From the NCBI GenBank assembly GCA_043228905.1, contig JBHGNT010000017.1, positions 6,448,001 to 6,512,000 on the forward strand: a stretch of DNA of 64,000 bases, given 5' to 3'. Source of the DNA: Azolla caroliniana. Its lineage: Eukaryota; Plantae; Polypodiophyta. The notes under the pieces were generated by a model. The model worked only from the letters and a program-made list of their open reading frames with translations, made no database searches and was not told the origin of the DNA. Shown here one piece after another: positions 11,949 through 23,300 of this stretch; within the stretch, counting starts at the first letter, position 1, and the number at the start of each line of letters is the position of its first letter. The position numbers and the translations under genes were made by a program.

Positions 11949-13235
11949 CGCTGATCGTACCGGTCATCCCGGTCGTCGTCATACCGATCATACTCATCAT
12001 TTGCCCTATATTGGTCGTCGTGGTACTGATCACGACGGTCGTTTGATCTCCTACGATTGTTGTGGCGGTAACGGTCGTCGTTGCGATGGTAGTCGTCGTC
12101 GTGACGCTAGCGATCTGGGGATCGTGGTCGCTCGTTTGCCCGATGTCAGTAAGACTAACGTTCATCCTGCCAGGAGTATGTATTGCGCAGCTCGATCTGG
12201 CAAACCTGAAGCGTCGTTGAGCATGTTGTACTCACATTGTTCGATCGTGTGAGCTCGAAACTCACATATTGGGCAGTGTGGCCGGTGAGGGCACTCGAGA
12301 GCCAGATGGCCTGAGCCTGAGCAAGTCCTGCATTGGAGGGCTTGTCGGAAACAATTTTCCTCCTGAGGAAGGGAGCTTTGCAAAGAGCCCATGGAGAAAA
12401 CTGTGTTATGCTGTGTCCAATCGATGGCGAGGACACGTGCGATGACTTGCTCGATTTTCTGGTTAGAGAAATTTGTAAGTGTGAGAGTCGTCCGTAGAGG
12501 CTCTCGTAGGCTAGACAGGAAGGTATTAGGAATGTGATGGGCGGAGACATCGTCGGCCAGTTGTCGGTAGAGATCCTGAAACCGGATCGTGAACTAGGCG
12601 ACCGTCTCGTGAGGTTCTTGGCTCATGGAAAAGAACTGCCGGAGTAGTTTACGCTTCAGAACTTGGCGGTGAAATAATTCTAGAAACTTTGTCTAGACGT
12701 CCTGGAACGTTGTGACCTCCCCCATGTCGAGGCGGGAGTACCATCGAGCAGCCGGGCCATCGAGGGATAAAGCAAATTCCGCGATTTTGGAGAACTCGAT
12801 TTCGGCATCCGATAACCGCTATGTCGAGTGGTTGGCCTGCCATGTGGACACAAACGCACGGGTGTGTCATCCCACGTTGGAGCCGTCGGTATATCGTGGG
12901 TAAGGGTAAGGCATGGTATCGAGATCCGGGTCTTCAGGTATAGCCGGAAAAGGGTTAGGGTCAGGTTGGGTGACCTCTAGAGGGCTCGACGGGGAGGTCG
13001 GTGCGGAATCAACTCGTGACTAGGTATCGGATGGCGATGATTGCAACCGGTGGGTCTCCGATAGTTCCTGGAAAGATTAGTCAGTGAGCACCGAGTCGGA
13101 AGTTCCTTCAACTGGCTCATCGCGTTGGGCAAGTGGCCAAGACCGCGTGATGCGATTGGGTGTTGTAACGGCGGTTGGGGTTTGCCTCCTACATAGTTCG
13201 CTGTGACCTTACAGTTGTAACCAGGCGTGCCAAAT

Positions 13236-13727
13236 TGTGTTAACCGTTTCTGGGGAAACACCATCGGTGAGCCCACAGGCTATCGGTATCATGGGATTGT
13301 GTTACGTGGAAGCCTCTTCTACACTTAGGAGACGATAGGAGAACGAGGAGCGTACACGGCTACAACCTGTTAGGCATAAACGTAGCTCGGTTTACAAGTA
13401 CGGGGAGAATATACAGATAAAAGAATAGTAAGGGCGAAACATATATTAAATGGTAAAGCTCACAATGATTATAGTACACGGCTCTCGGCCGGAAATAGTT
13501 CGTGTAGAGCTCGGTGCTACGATATTAATCTCGCTAAAAATGATCTAGCTCCCCCCTTGAGGTATGCATATCTCGGGTTATATAGTTTTCCTCTTTAGAC
13601 AGAGCCGAGCCATCGAGTGATCGTGAGGGCTAAAACTCAACTATTTCTAGTTTTACCTATTTCTTCACCTACTATTCTACCTACCGGCGAGTTTACATAA
13701 TGTATTGATATTTCTAGCCTATGGACA
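13236..13727 (-). repeat. 5' LTR of Gypsy B (outer boundary approximate) with adjacent tRNA-Arg-like PBS
   Basis: Minus strand ...GGTTAACACAATT-TGGCACGCCTGGT matches the junction of the element at 59360; TATA-like TATATAA near 13578-13584. Outer end TGTCCATAGG at 13727 preferred because a different repeat end follows; an alternative end is 13820. Confidence 0.55.
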
Positions 13728-14456
13728 ATAATGGGAAACCCCACGAATGCGAATATGTCAATATATGCTCTTTATGATTGTGTCCCATTTTTAGAAAATC
13801 CATCTACCGACGTTTCAACAATATTTTGAGTGCTTTTGAGAATAGAAATTTTGTATATTTTACTTTTTGTTACTTTTACCTCTCATTGAGGTTTCATGCT
13901 AATAATATATGTGCATTGCCAAAAAATACAAGTGCACGAATGATAGTATGTAATATACTCGAATGCATTTGCAAACGTTTTTTTTCATACGTTTTCAAAT
14001 GAATGCAAATGTTATAAAACATACTTATGTTTTTTTCTATTACGTTTTTTACCTTAATTTCTTACCTTAGAAAAACGTTTTACCTTATAATAAACAATAA
14101 ATACAAAAGTATGGTATTTATCATATTTCGAGGGTGTTTACCATACTCGAATGATTGAAACATATTTGTAAATGCGAATGCACGTATGGTACGCATGGTT
14201 CATACTATGATTTCAATAGTTATACAATATCTTAACAAGTGAGTGAGGTAAAACTCCCCACTTAACATGAACATGGAGATTCATATATATTATGTTAATG
14301 ATTCATCGAAATTCGACAAGTTTTACACATCCGTGTTCAAACTCCCTTTTACAATCAACAACTTGACGGGTCATATCGTCCTTTTCCTATGACAGAATAA
14401 GTCGACAAGCTATGTATCCTTTTTCTACAAAGTAGGCGTCAACACTCAACTCTGAA

Positions 14457-14693
14457 GTGGAGATATGGAGTGAAGTGGTAGCCACTCGAAAGAGCCAATA
14501 TGATGGCCTCAAGGGTGACTCTGATGGCGTTGGAAGACAACTACTAGCCTTCATCCAACAATGGTCGTCCTCCCCCTTTATTGAGTCGGTGGGCATCCAC
14601 TTAAGATGGACCTATCGTGTCCCTACAGGGATTTGTATATACTAATCTCATCTGTAAAATTTTATAACTAAAAATAAATAAATAAATAAATAA
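14457..14693 (+). mobile_element. 5'-truncated LINE (L1-like) 3' end with (AAAT)n tail
   Basis: Perfect 16-bp TSD AACACTCAACTCTGAA (14441-14456, 14694-14709); A-rich tail; peptide EIWSEVV..QYDGLKG resembles the C-terminus of the LINE ORF2 at 50102-50356 (EIWDDLL..QYDHMHG). Confidence 0.85.
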
Positions 14694-14906
14694 AACACTC
14701 AACTCTGAATCATAAAGGTGTTTCCATTTGTCTCATTCATTCCATTACCTCACTCACAAAATTGAGAATCCTAATTGACTCATTCACTCCCCACTCTTTT
14801 GGAAAGTGGAGACTCTTTTCCTTTTAATTCAACTCTCACCTTCCAAAAATTGAGAGAGGAAAGAAGTAATTTGCAGTAGTAAGTAATCTAGTAGTAGTAG
14901 AAGTAG

Positions 14907-15142
14907 TGTGGAAAATATTAAGCAAAAAAATTAATATATTAATATATATAAATAGTTAGTACTTCTTATGAATACGGTTTCCTTCATGAGAAGGAAACCG
15001 TAAGTGTATTGGGGGTGGTATATATAAAGGCACCACCAACGTTGTAATTATTAGGGCGTTTTAATATAATAAACGATTTACAGTTTCCCTCATCTCTCTC
15101 TCTCTCTCTCCTTTCTATCTCTCTCTCTCTTCTTTCCCAACA
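14907..15142 (+). repeat. 5' LTR of Copia D (236 bp)
   Basis: TGTGGAAAAT..CCCAACA, TATATAAA at ~15021, (CT)n tract, followed directly by the iMet PBS. Confidence 0.9.
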
Positions 15143-15332
15143 TGGTATCAGAGCCAAACGATCTATAACCTATAGTCTATGCCTTTCTTAAATCACAAAA
15201 CACATGCCCCCATCATAATTTAACTTTCATGCGCATACGAAAAATAATCATATTCATAGTGTCTAAGGTCGTCAAGTAACGAAAGACAATTTTGTGTTTG
15301 CCGTGCGTTGATCCGAACAGCCCTCTACAGTA

Positions 15333-17236
15333 ATGGCACAATCTACGTCGTCGTCGCAACTCAACATGCAAAAATTCACGATCGAGAAATTATCGGACAC
15401 AAATTATCGAATTTGGAAGGCAAGATTAGAATTACTTTTTAAATATAATAAAGTATGGGACATAATTTTAGGATCGTCAACAAAACCTGAAAAGGCGACG
15501 AACTTGAAGAAAAAGACTTATGTGCAAGAATGGAAATTCTAATGCACGTAAGTGATGGCATCGGAGAAACATTGCGAAAAATGGAGACGGCTCATGAAAT
15601 GTGGAAGCACTTACAAACTATCTACGAGCCAAAAAAGGATGCCCAACAAGCGCATACACTTAAAGCGCTTGTTAATTACAAAATGAATGATGAACAACCG
15701 GTTGGTGAATTTCTATTAATATGGCAAAAGAAATTAGATGATGTGTTAACTTCTGGATTAGAAATCCATGATAAATTACAAAAGATTCTCCTTCTTGGTG
15801 CTCTTCCTCACTCGTGGTTCACTTTTAGAACCACCCAAAACTCTATAAATTGTCCAACGCTAATTGATCTTCTTGCAAACATTAGATAGGAGGAAACAAT
15901 GCGTTCACAAAGGTCTTCAAATTCAACTCCAAGTGTGGCAATGGTAGCATACAAGTACAAAAGGTTCACCCAAAGAGGAGAAAGCTCAAAGTCATTGATA
16001 AAGAAAGATCAAAACACAAAACAAGGAGGAATGCGGTTCAACAATACCTATTGTAAAATATGCAAACGTACAAATCATGCAACCAAAGATTGTCGCGCAA
16101 AGTCAAAATTTAAGAGTTATCAACCATGGAAGCGTGTACAAGCCTATCTTGTTGAAAAAGAGATGGATGATGAAAAAGTCATAGAAGATGGATATGAAAA
16201 TGGCGACAAGTATGGCGATGTCCTTCAAGCATTCATTGCTGAATCACTTTCAGCGATGATTCCAAACCCAAGTAATGTAAATGAAATATGGTATCTTGAC
16301 TCTCGTGCTACTAACCACTTAACTAATAGAAAAGATTGGTTATGTAACTATAAGGATGTTGAACCTCCTATTATTGTAAGATTTGGAAATAATGGGACTA
16401 AACAAGCTATTGGCAAGGGTGATATTACGTTTGAAGTCACAGGAGGAAGACATTTCACAATCAATGAAGTTCTCTACGTCCCGAGCATCACCAAACATTT
16501 GCTATCGGTTAGTCAAGCAATGACAAATGGTACTATCATTGAATTTCATCCTAACCATGCTATTATTAAACATAAAGCCTCAAATGGAGAACTTATTAGA
16601 ACATGTTGTAAACGAGAAGGAGGCTTATATCCCATAAAATGTATTCCTACATCTGTTATTTTAGAAGCACAATCCTCCATATCTTTAACCAATCTTCATT
16701 CTCCTTCTTCTCTTTGGCACTTTCGTCTAGGTCATATGCATTTCAATGCTCTAAAAACACTACAATGTAATAATCTAGTCTATGGTTTGCCAAAAGAACC
16801 TTTCAAGCCCATCTCTTTATGTGAAAGTTGTATCCTTGGGAAAATGCCCCAACAATCATTCCCAAAGCATAGATATAGATCCACTACCCCCTCTTGCATT
16901 AGTACATAGTGATCTATGTGGACCTTTTCCAACCCCTTCTCTTAGTGGAGCCAAATATTTCATTAGCTTTATAAATGACTTTAGTCGATTTACAATCTTG
17001 CATTTTCTCAAGTACAAAAGTCAAGCTTATCAAGCATTCAAAGATTACAAGGCTCGAGTCGAAGGGCAAACATCATCAAAGATTAAAAGTCTTCAAACCG
17101 ATGGTGGTGGTGAGTATATGTCTCATGAATTTCAAAGTTTATATCAAAATTAAGGCATACATCATAGAATATCAACACCACACACACCACAACAATTTTG
17201 TTACACACTTATCGCCTCAATTTTGGGAGGAAGCGG
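15333..17236 (+). pseudogene. Copia D gag-protease-integrase (5' part), frameshifted
   Basis: NYRIWK, CKICKRTNHATKDC, WYLDSRATNH, WHFRLGH, HSDLCGP, QTDGGGEY; stops, frameshifts and loss of the NGVAER motif. Confidence 0.9.
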
Positions 17237-18264
17237 TGTCGTGAAGATCCGTCACTACGCGCGGATCGTGAGGCGGAACCGCTGGGGTTCTAGACCGGAA
17301 GGATTTAGAGTCGATACAAACTTTGGCGAGAAAGTACTTAAGATAGATTGGGAAAGAGAGAAGATGAGATTACATGATTGATTTGAAAACGAATTTCTGA
17401 GTCTTAATTTTCATAAAAAAAACCGTGTTTTTCTACTCCCCCTTCCCTCTTTTATAGATGCTCTCATGCATATGATGCATGTGAGGGTACAAGACATGCA
17501 TAAATTGCATGTTTGCCATTTGGCGCTTAAGTATTACATGTGGTGCATGCTAACCATGTCACTCATTTTAGCACTCATGGATGAGAATTTACATGTAAAA
17601 GTACAATGATAGAAATATAATTTCAACTAAATACTATGGCTTAATGGTAAGCCATTTGACTCCTAACTTGGAGGTGCAAGGTTTGAATCCATACTTGCCC
17701 TCCTTGTATATGTAAATATGTATATATTTTTATATATTTATTTTATCTAGTCGCCGGTTCGCCGGATGCCGTCGCCGGTTCGCCGGATGCCGTCGCCGGA
17801 TACCGGTGCCGCCGCCGCATGCCGCCGCCGCATGCCGCCACCGGATTGCGGTCGGATGCCGTCGGATCACCGGCTCCATCACCGGTCCGGTTTTGGTTGG
17901 CCAAAACCCTTTACGAGTAGCTAGCCACCTCCACTCTAAGTTCAAGTTACCTTGAACTCTCTATGCTCCACACATAGACACAAAGATAATATCTTTTGCT
18001 CCACCTTATATATGATGAGAGCCGTATTTGTCGTGCCTATGTGGGATATCTCACAATTTTCTCTTTTCTTTTCACAAACTTTATACCCTCATATCTTGAC
18101 ATTTAGTTGTCCATTTCTCGTGTAATAAAGTGCATTCGAAACCTCCATCATTTTGTACTTAGATATTAAAAATGTTATCTTCACAATTATTGTATTCCAT
18201 GATTCATACTCGATTTTGTACGTTTTATGGGATTTTCACACTATTGCCGAAAATCTTCGCGACA
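17237..18264 (-). repeat. Family E LTR1 (1028 bp, 3'-most, most divergent)
   Basis: Direct repeat of LTR2-4 with several substitutions and a shorter GC-rich repeat block. Confidence 0.95.
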
Positions 18265-18336
18265 TCCACCCCCACCAAACCGCACGTCCTCCGGTACGTG
18301 CCAAGAAAAGAAGAAGTGAGATTTCGGCTACGATGA

Positions 18337-21300
18337 TCAATTAGATTCCTCCATGTCTTCATTTTCATCCGGCCTATTATGTTCATCGTCGAGGTAATCG
18401 AGGTCAGGATCCTTGTCTTGTCTTTTCTTGAAAAACTTTACTCTTTTTCCCGCAATGGGTACGGCCAACCTTGATCCGTCTAGTTCCGCAAGGTGGTATG
18501 TGGCATTATCGTTGGCTCTTGTCACCACATACGGCCCGAACCATCTTCTTGCGAACTTCCTTGTTGTACTATGTTGATTGTCAAATTCGCATCTTCGAGC
18601 CTTTGAAGCACCTTCTCGCAATCTTTCATATGATCCGCAACGAACTTTCTATAACCTTCCTTATCTTTCGATTCATCTTTCTCCTCATCCGAACATCCTT
18701 TTATCGGAATATCATCCAAGAATGGCATCGTGATGTCCGGAATGCAATCCTTCAAGACTTTATTCATGGCATTCACCATATGAGCCACCGAGTTCGTTGC
18801 GCCTTGGGGTAAGGTACACATCCGCACAAGCCCGATCGGAGTCCTCATGGTTGTAATGTCCCGACTGTCGATCGCCAACTGGAATTGGTCATATCCGGAG
18901 TAGAGATCGCCAATGGAGTAGATGGACCGGCCCGCAAACGCTTCGGCAAATTCGTCCACGCTCAGACCAATTCTGGCATTTCGAATTGTCACCTTGTTGA
19001 CGGGTTGAAGATCTTGGATGAATCGCAATGATCCATTCTTCTTCGGCACCGTGAACCACCTATTGGAATAAGGAGCATTCGACGGTTCTAGAATTCCCAT
19101 ACTCACCTTCTCCTTTAAGAGCTCGATCAGCTTCGGAAGGTGTGCTCTCGGAACCGGTATCGGTTTCAAATTCCAAGGCACATGAGGCACCGTGAAGATC
19201 ACCATTGGCTCTATAACCTTTGGGTCAGCGCATCCGATTTCTCGTAGGAAGAATGCGAAAGCCTTCCCATGTCTCTCAAGCATATCGCGAAACATTCGCT
19301 CCTCTTTAGGGAGAAGGAAATCCTCCTTTCCAACTCGTAGCTTCCCCTTCGTCTCTTTGGTGAAGTCATGACCTATCTTCTTCGGATCTCTTAAGCTTGG
19401 ATCGTTAGCGACTTCCTTCATCTTTTGCCAGCTATCTTCCGGTAGCGGAACCGCAACTGGCTTGATCTTCTTATCCACTGTTTTATATTTCGTGTTGATG
19501 TCAGCTTCATTCATCGAGATGCCACGACGGTATTCATCGATGATAGCGTACATGTTGACGGAGTTAACCTAAATCACACGTTGGTTGTGAAGATAGCTCA
19601 AGTCCACGACGTCCTCGATTTCGCCGATGGTGTCGTTAAATGAGGCTTCTTCCATAATATGAGTCACGAACTCTCCTTCTTCTATTATGTTCTCTTCTTT
19701 CAGCATCTTCTCGAATTCTTGTATCCGGCGCTTGTGCTTCTTGTGGGGTAGTACTAGTTTACATGCGCCACTAGGTGTGAGTTGCTTCTCCTTGCAATCC
19801 ACGCGCTCTTCTTTCTTGTGGGGTCTTGTGATTGCTCGGACTATTTGTGCCCCATGCTTCAATAGTCCGCTCTAAAAATCCGAGGATTCGCCTCCGAGAC
19901 TATCTCGATTCCTTTCATGATTGGCTCGCACTGTTAGGAATTGGACCGATCTTTGGTTGTCAAGACTCTTTATTCGTGCGAAGGCTGCTCCATTATCGAA
20001 CACTTTAGTCTCCATCCGAGATGATGTGATATAAGGTTGCCCTAGGATGACAGGATGCGATGCCGATTCTTGTACGAAGAAGTGTTGATCCATCTCCACA
20101 TCCCCGATCGTGACTTTGACATTGGGACAAGCTCCGTACAAGTCCTCCGTAGACTTTGTTGCCGCGCGAATCTTCCATCCGTGGTTTGTATTGATTGGCC
20201 ATCTTCCCTTTTTGTAGAAGTCGGTTGACATGAGGTTGATCCCCGAGCCGTGGTCGATCAAGGCTACGACGGTCTCTTTCTTCTCCCCGATCTTTACCGG
20301 CGTCTCCGTTGTCGCTCGTGCCCAATGAGGTCGAGTGTAGTGGCTGTCCACCATATCTTCATCGATTTCGTCTCTTCCCATCGTTATGGCATTCGTTTTT
20401 GCTTTCTGCGGCTTCTCTTCTTCCTCGTCCGATTGTTGTCTCTTTCTCTTTACAAGGTCCACGATCGTGTCATGGAACTCCTTCTTCGTAATGCCAAGCA
20501 ATTCCCTCAAGGACAAAGTTACGTGGCTATCCAGAACTCGTTCTTCGAGAATCTTCTTTAGGTCCGTCGTCTGCTCTATGTCCGACCTTAGCTTATAGGT
20601 AGGTATGGTCCTTGTCCTCCGAGCGGGGTCTTCGACACCAACCTTCACGGGCCGAACCGTTTCTTCAACTCGTATACTCGGCTCCCCTTTTCGGCTTGAT
20701 TCTCGTTCCTCCATTTGTAAAGGTCGACTCGTCTCCGCATCGTCCTTCTTTTTCGCGTTCCTTGTTTCATGTCTTTTTGATGGGCCTTGCTCTTCTATTC
20801 TCTTTCTCTTTTCTTCGACGAACACCTTGTGGTTGTCGCACATCACCTCTGCAAGTATGGTGTTGTCGTCCACCGGATCCAACCACCCGGTTATGCTTTG
20901 CACGCTTCGGTTCGCAAGCTCTACCTCGTTCGATGTGATTTTTCCCTTCTTCTCATATTCGAGAACGGAAGTCCAAAACTTTGCTCCCGCTCTAGCAGCT
21001 TCAGTCTTGTCTTTCCCGACTCTTATTCCGGCCGACGCAGCATAGTGCATCGCATCCACATGAGTCGCATCGGCATCCTCCATAGATCTCTTCATTCCTC
21101 CTCTTCCGAAATTCACCCATAGGGGTCTTCTAGTCTCGCTTGAGCAGATCATGTTGTCCTCTATGTATACGATATTTTGTCGAATCGCCTCTCGAAGGCT
21201 CGCACAATCCCTTCTCATGTGGTCCATGCTATCGCACCACACGCATCTAAAGGGTTCTTTTCCTTTAGGGCCCCGACGATTCATGTTGGCTAGCGTGACC

Positions 21301-22044
21301 TTCTCGAACTTCTTCGCTAGCTCTTCAATGATGTTGTCATCAATCTTCTTTTCTTCCACGTTACTTTGTCTCGGCGGCTCAGCTACTTTCGGCGGTCTTG
21401 CTTTCTCCGTGGTAGTCGGTCCCGTCAAGTCGGTGTCATCAACCCATTGGCGACGCTTGTCGAGCCTATTGCATGCCCGCTTCACCGCGATCCAGTCCGC
21501 TACGAGTCCCCAACTCCCGTCTATCCTTTATGTCCACGGCCTTCAAGAAGTACAAAGTCTTGTCCTCTTCAAGCAACACTTGGTCCGTATTGGGGAGACG
21601 ACTAAACATTTGGTCGAATTCGTCGTACACCCTCGAGACGCTCATCTTCTTATTCTTCTTCTCTATCCACTTCATGAGGGCATGTCGAGTCATCCTCGTT
21701 GAGTCTTCAGTCACGAACTCGGCTAGTATCGTTTTCTCGAACTCGGACCATGTTGTCTTTCCTTCTTGAAGCTCGATGACGCGTCTTTGGATGTTGTTGG
21801 CGACAACTCTCTTGAAGCTTGCGATTTGACGTGCCTCGGACACGTCCCTTTGATTCATCTCCCTCTTATATGCATCAAGGAACTTCGTAACGTTCCTTCC
21901 ATCGAATTGGCCCTCGAGCTCTACGACACGATCGACAGCCTTCTCCATGCTCACGTCGTTGTCCCGAGATCTCATCATTTGCTCGACGATTAGCATAATC
22001 CTTTCGAGCTCTCCCGCTTGGTTGCTTGAGGACGCCATCTCCAA
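18337..22044 (-). pseudogene. Family E unit 1 gag-PR-RT/INT, with 1918-bp internal deletion
   Basis: gag (frameshifted ~21500), CCHC (CVWCDSMDHMRRDC), protease (ALIDHGSGINL), RT to FLDD, fused at 18579-18584 to the integrase C-terminus. Confidence 0.92.
19819..19881 (-). other. Putative -1 ribosomal frameshift signal (G_GAU_UUU plus H-type pseudoknot); also 26701-26763, 33583-33645 and 59020-59082 (+)
   Basis: Slippery heptamer immediately before the PR-ORF UAG, 5-nt spacer, 9-bp stem CGGACUAUU/AAUAGUCCG, loop UGGGG able to pair with downstream CCCCA; -1 frame peptide conserved in relative G. Confidence 0.75.
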
Positions 22045-22079
22045 GTATTAATCTCGACTTGATCCTTCCTACCGCCTCT

Positions 22080-22097
22080 TTCACGTCGGGTTCACCA
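22080..22097 (-). promoter_or_regulatory. Primer-binding site complementary to tRNA-Trp (also 28962-28979, 35844-35861)
   Basis: Minus strand TGGTGAACCCGACGTGAA is complementary to the plant tRNA-Trp 3' end as I recall it (..UUCACGUCGGGUUCACCA); lies 8 nt from the LTR. Confidence 0.8.
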
Positions 22098-22505
22098 CTT
22101 GATTATGTCGTGAAGATCCGTCACTACGCGCGGATCGTGAGGCGGAACCGCCGGGGTTCTAGACCGGAAGGATTTAGAGTCGATACAAACTTTGGCGAGA
22201 AAGTACTTAAGATAGATTGGGAAAGAGAGAAGATGAGATTACACGATTGATTTGAAAACGAATTTCTTCCTCTTAATTTTCATAAAAAAAACCGTGTTTT
22301 TCTCCTCCCCCTTCCCTCTTTTATAGATGCTCTCATGCATATGATGCATGTGAGGGTACAAGACATGCATAAATTGCATGTTTGCCATTTGGCGCTTAAG
22401 TATTACATGTGGTGCATGGTAACCATGTCACTCATTTTAGCACTCATGGATGAGAATTTACATGTAAAAGTACAATGATAGAAATATAATTTTAACTAAA
22501 TATTA

Positions 22506-22600
22506 TGGCTTAATGGTAAGCCATTTGACTCCTAACTTGGAGGTGCAAGGTTCGAATCCATACTTGCCCTCCTTGTATATGTAAATATGTATATATTTTT
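22506..22600 (+). promoter_or_regulatory. tRNA-type Pol III internal promoter (A box, B box, T-run) inside the family E LTR; also starting at 17637, 29388, 36270 and 56793
   Basis: TGGCTTAATGG (22506-22516) and GGTTCGAATCC (22549-22559), starts 43 nt apart; TTTTT ~40 nt downstream. Confidence 0.7.
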
Positions 22601-22618
22601 ATATATTTATTTTATCTA

Positions 22619-22850
22619 GTCGCCGGTTCGCCGGATACCGTCGCCGGATGCCGTCGCCGCCGCCGGATACCGGATGCCGCCGCCGACGCCGACGCCGGAT
22701 ACCAGTGCCGCCGCTGGATGCCGCCGCTGGATACCTGTGCCGCATGCCGCCGCTGGATGTCGCCGCCGAATGCCGACGCTGGATACCGGTGCCGCATGCC
22801 GCCACCAGATTGCGGTCGGATGCCGTCGGATCACCGGCTCAATCGTCGGT
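22619..22850. repeat. GC-rich minisatellite-like block in family E U3 (also 17750-17890, 29501-29732, 36383-36614)
   Basis: Shuffled modules GGATGCC/GGATACC/CGCCG; ~95 bp shorter in LTR1. Confidence 0.85.
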
Positions 22851-23300
22851 CCGGTTTTAGTTGGCCAAAACTCTTTACGAGTAGCTAGCCACCTCCACTC
22901 TAAGTTCAAGTTAACTTGAACTCTCTATGCTCCACACATAGACACAAAGATAATATCTTTTGCTCCACCTTATATATGATGAGAGCCGTATTTGTCGTGC
23001 CTATGTGGGATATCTCACAATTTTCTCTTTTCTTTTCACAAACTTTATACCCTCATATCTTGACATTTAGTTGTCCATTTCTCGTGTAATAAAGTGCATT
23101 CGAAACCTCCATCATTTTGTACTTAGATATTAAAAATGTTATCTTCACAATTATTGTATTCCATGATTCATACTCGATTTTGTACGTTTTATGGGATTTT
23201 CACACTATTGCCGAAAATCTTCACGACATCCACCCCCACCAAACCGCACGTCCTCCGGTACGTGCCAAGAAAAGAAGAAGTGAGATTTCGGCTACGATGA

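Larger units (their letters stand above)
3854..13727 (-). mobile_element. Ty3/Gypsy (non-chromovirus-like) LTR retrotransposon B, decayed, interrupted by Copia C and Copia A
   Basis: Minus strand: gag (YPRYTDG..WQANH homology, CCHC ~12230-12340), protease (IIDGGFGMNVIS, 5554-5826), RT (VDYRKLN, FLDGFNGYNQI, FLDD, 4354-5031), RNase H (VDASDIAIG, NYSTTERE, 3854-4143). Clearly similar to the elements at 59360 and 60511. Confidence 0.9.
22106..23228 (-). repeat. Family E LTR2 (1123 bp, shared)
   Basis: PBS of unit 1 on its left, PPT-like tract of unit 2 on its right. Confidence 0.95.

Noticed and set aside
19569-19874. Stop-codon readthrough between protease and RT (ORFs are in frame in the array)
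   Set aside because: Comparison with relative G shows the conserved peptide after the stop is in the -1 frame; the in-frame appearance comes from a 2-nt deletion in the array copies.
22499-22575. Functional tRNA gene in the family E LTR
   Set aside because: A/B boxes are present but the acceptor and anticodon stems do not pair; reported as a Pol III-like module instead.
22599-22919. Overlapping Arg/Ala/Gly-rich ORFs in the LTRs
   Set aside because: By-product of the stop-poor GC repeat; lengths differ between LTR copies.
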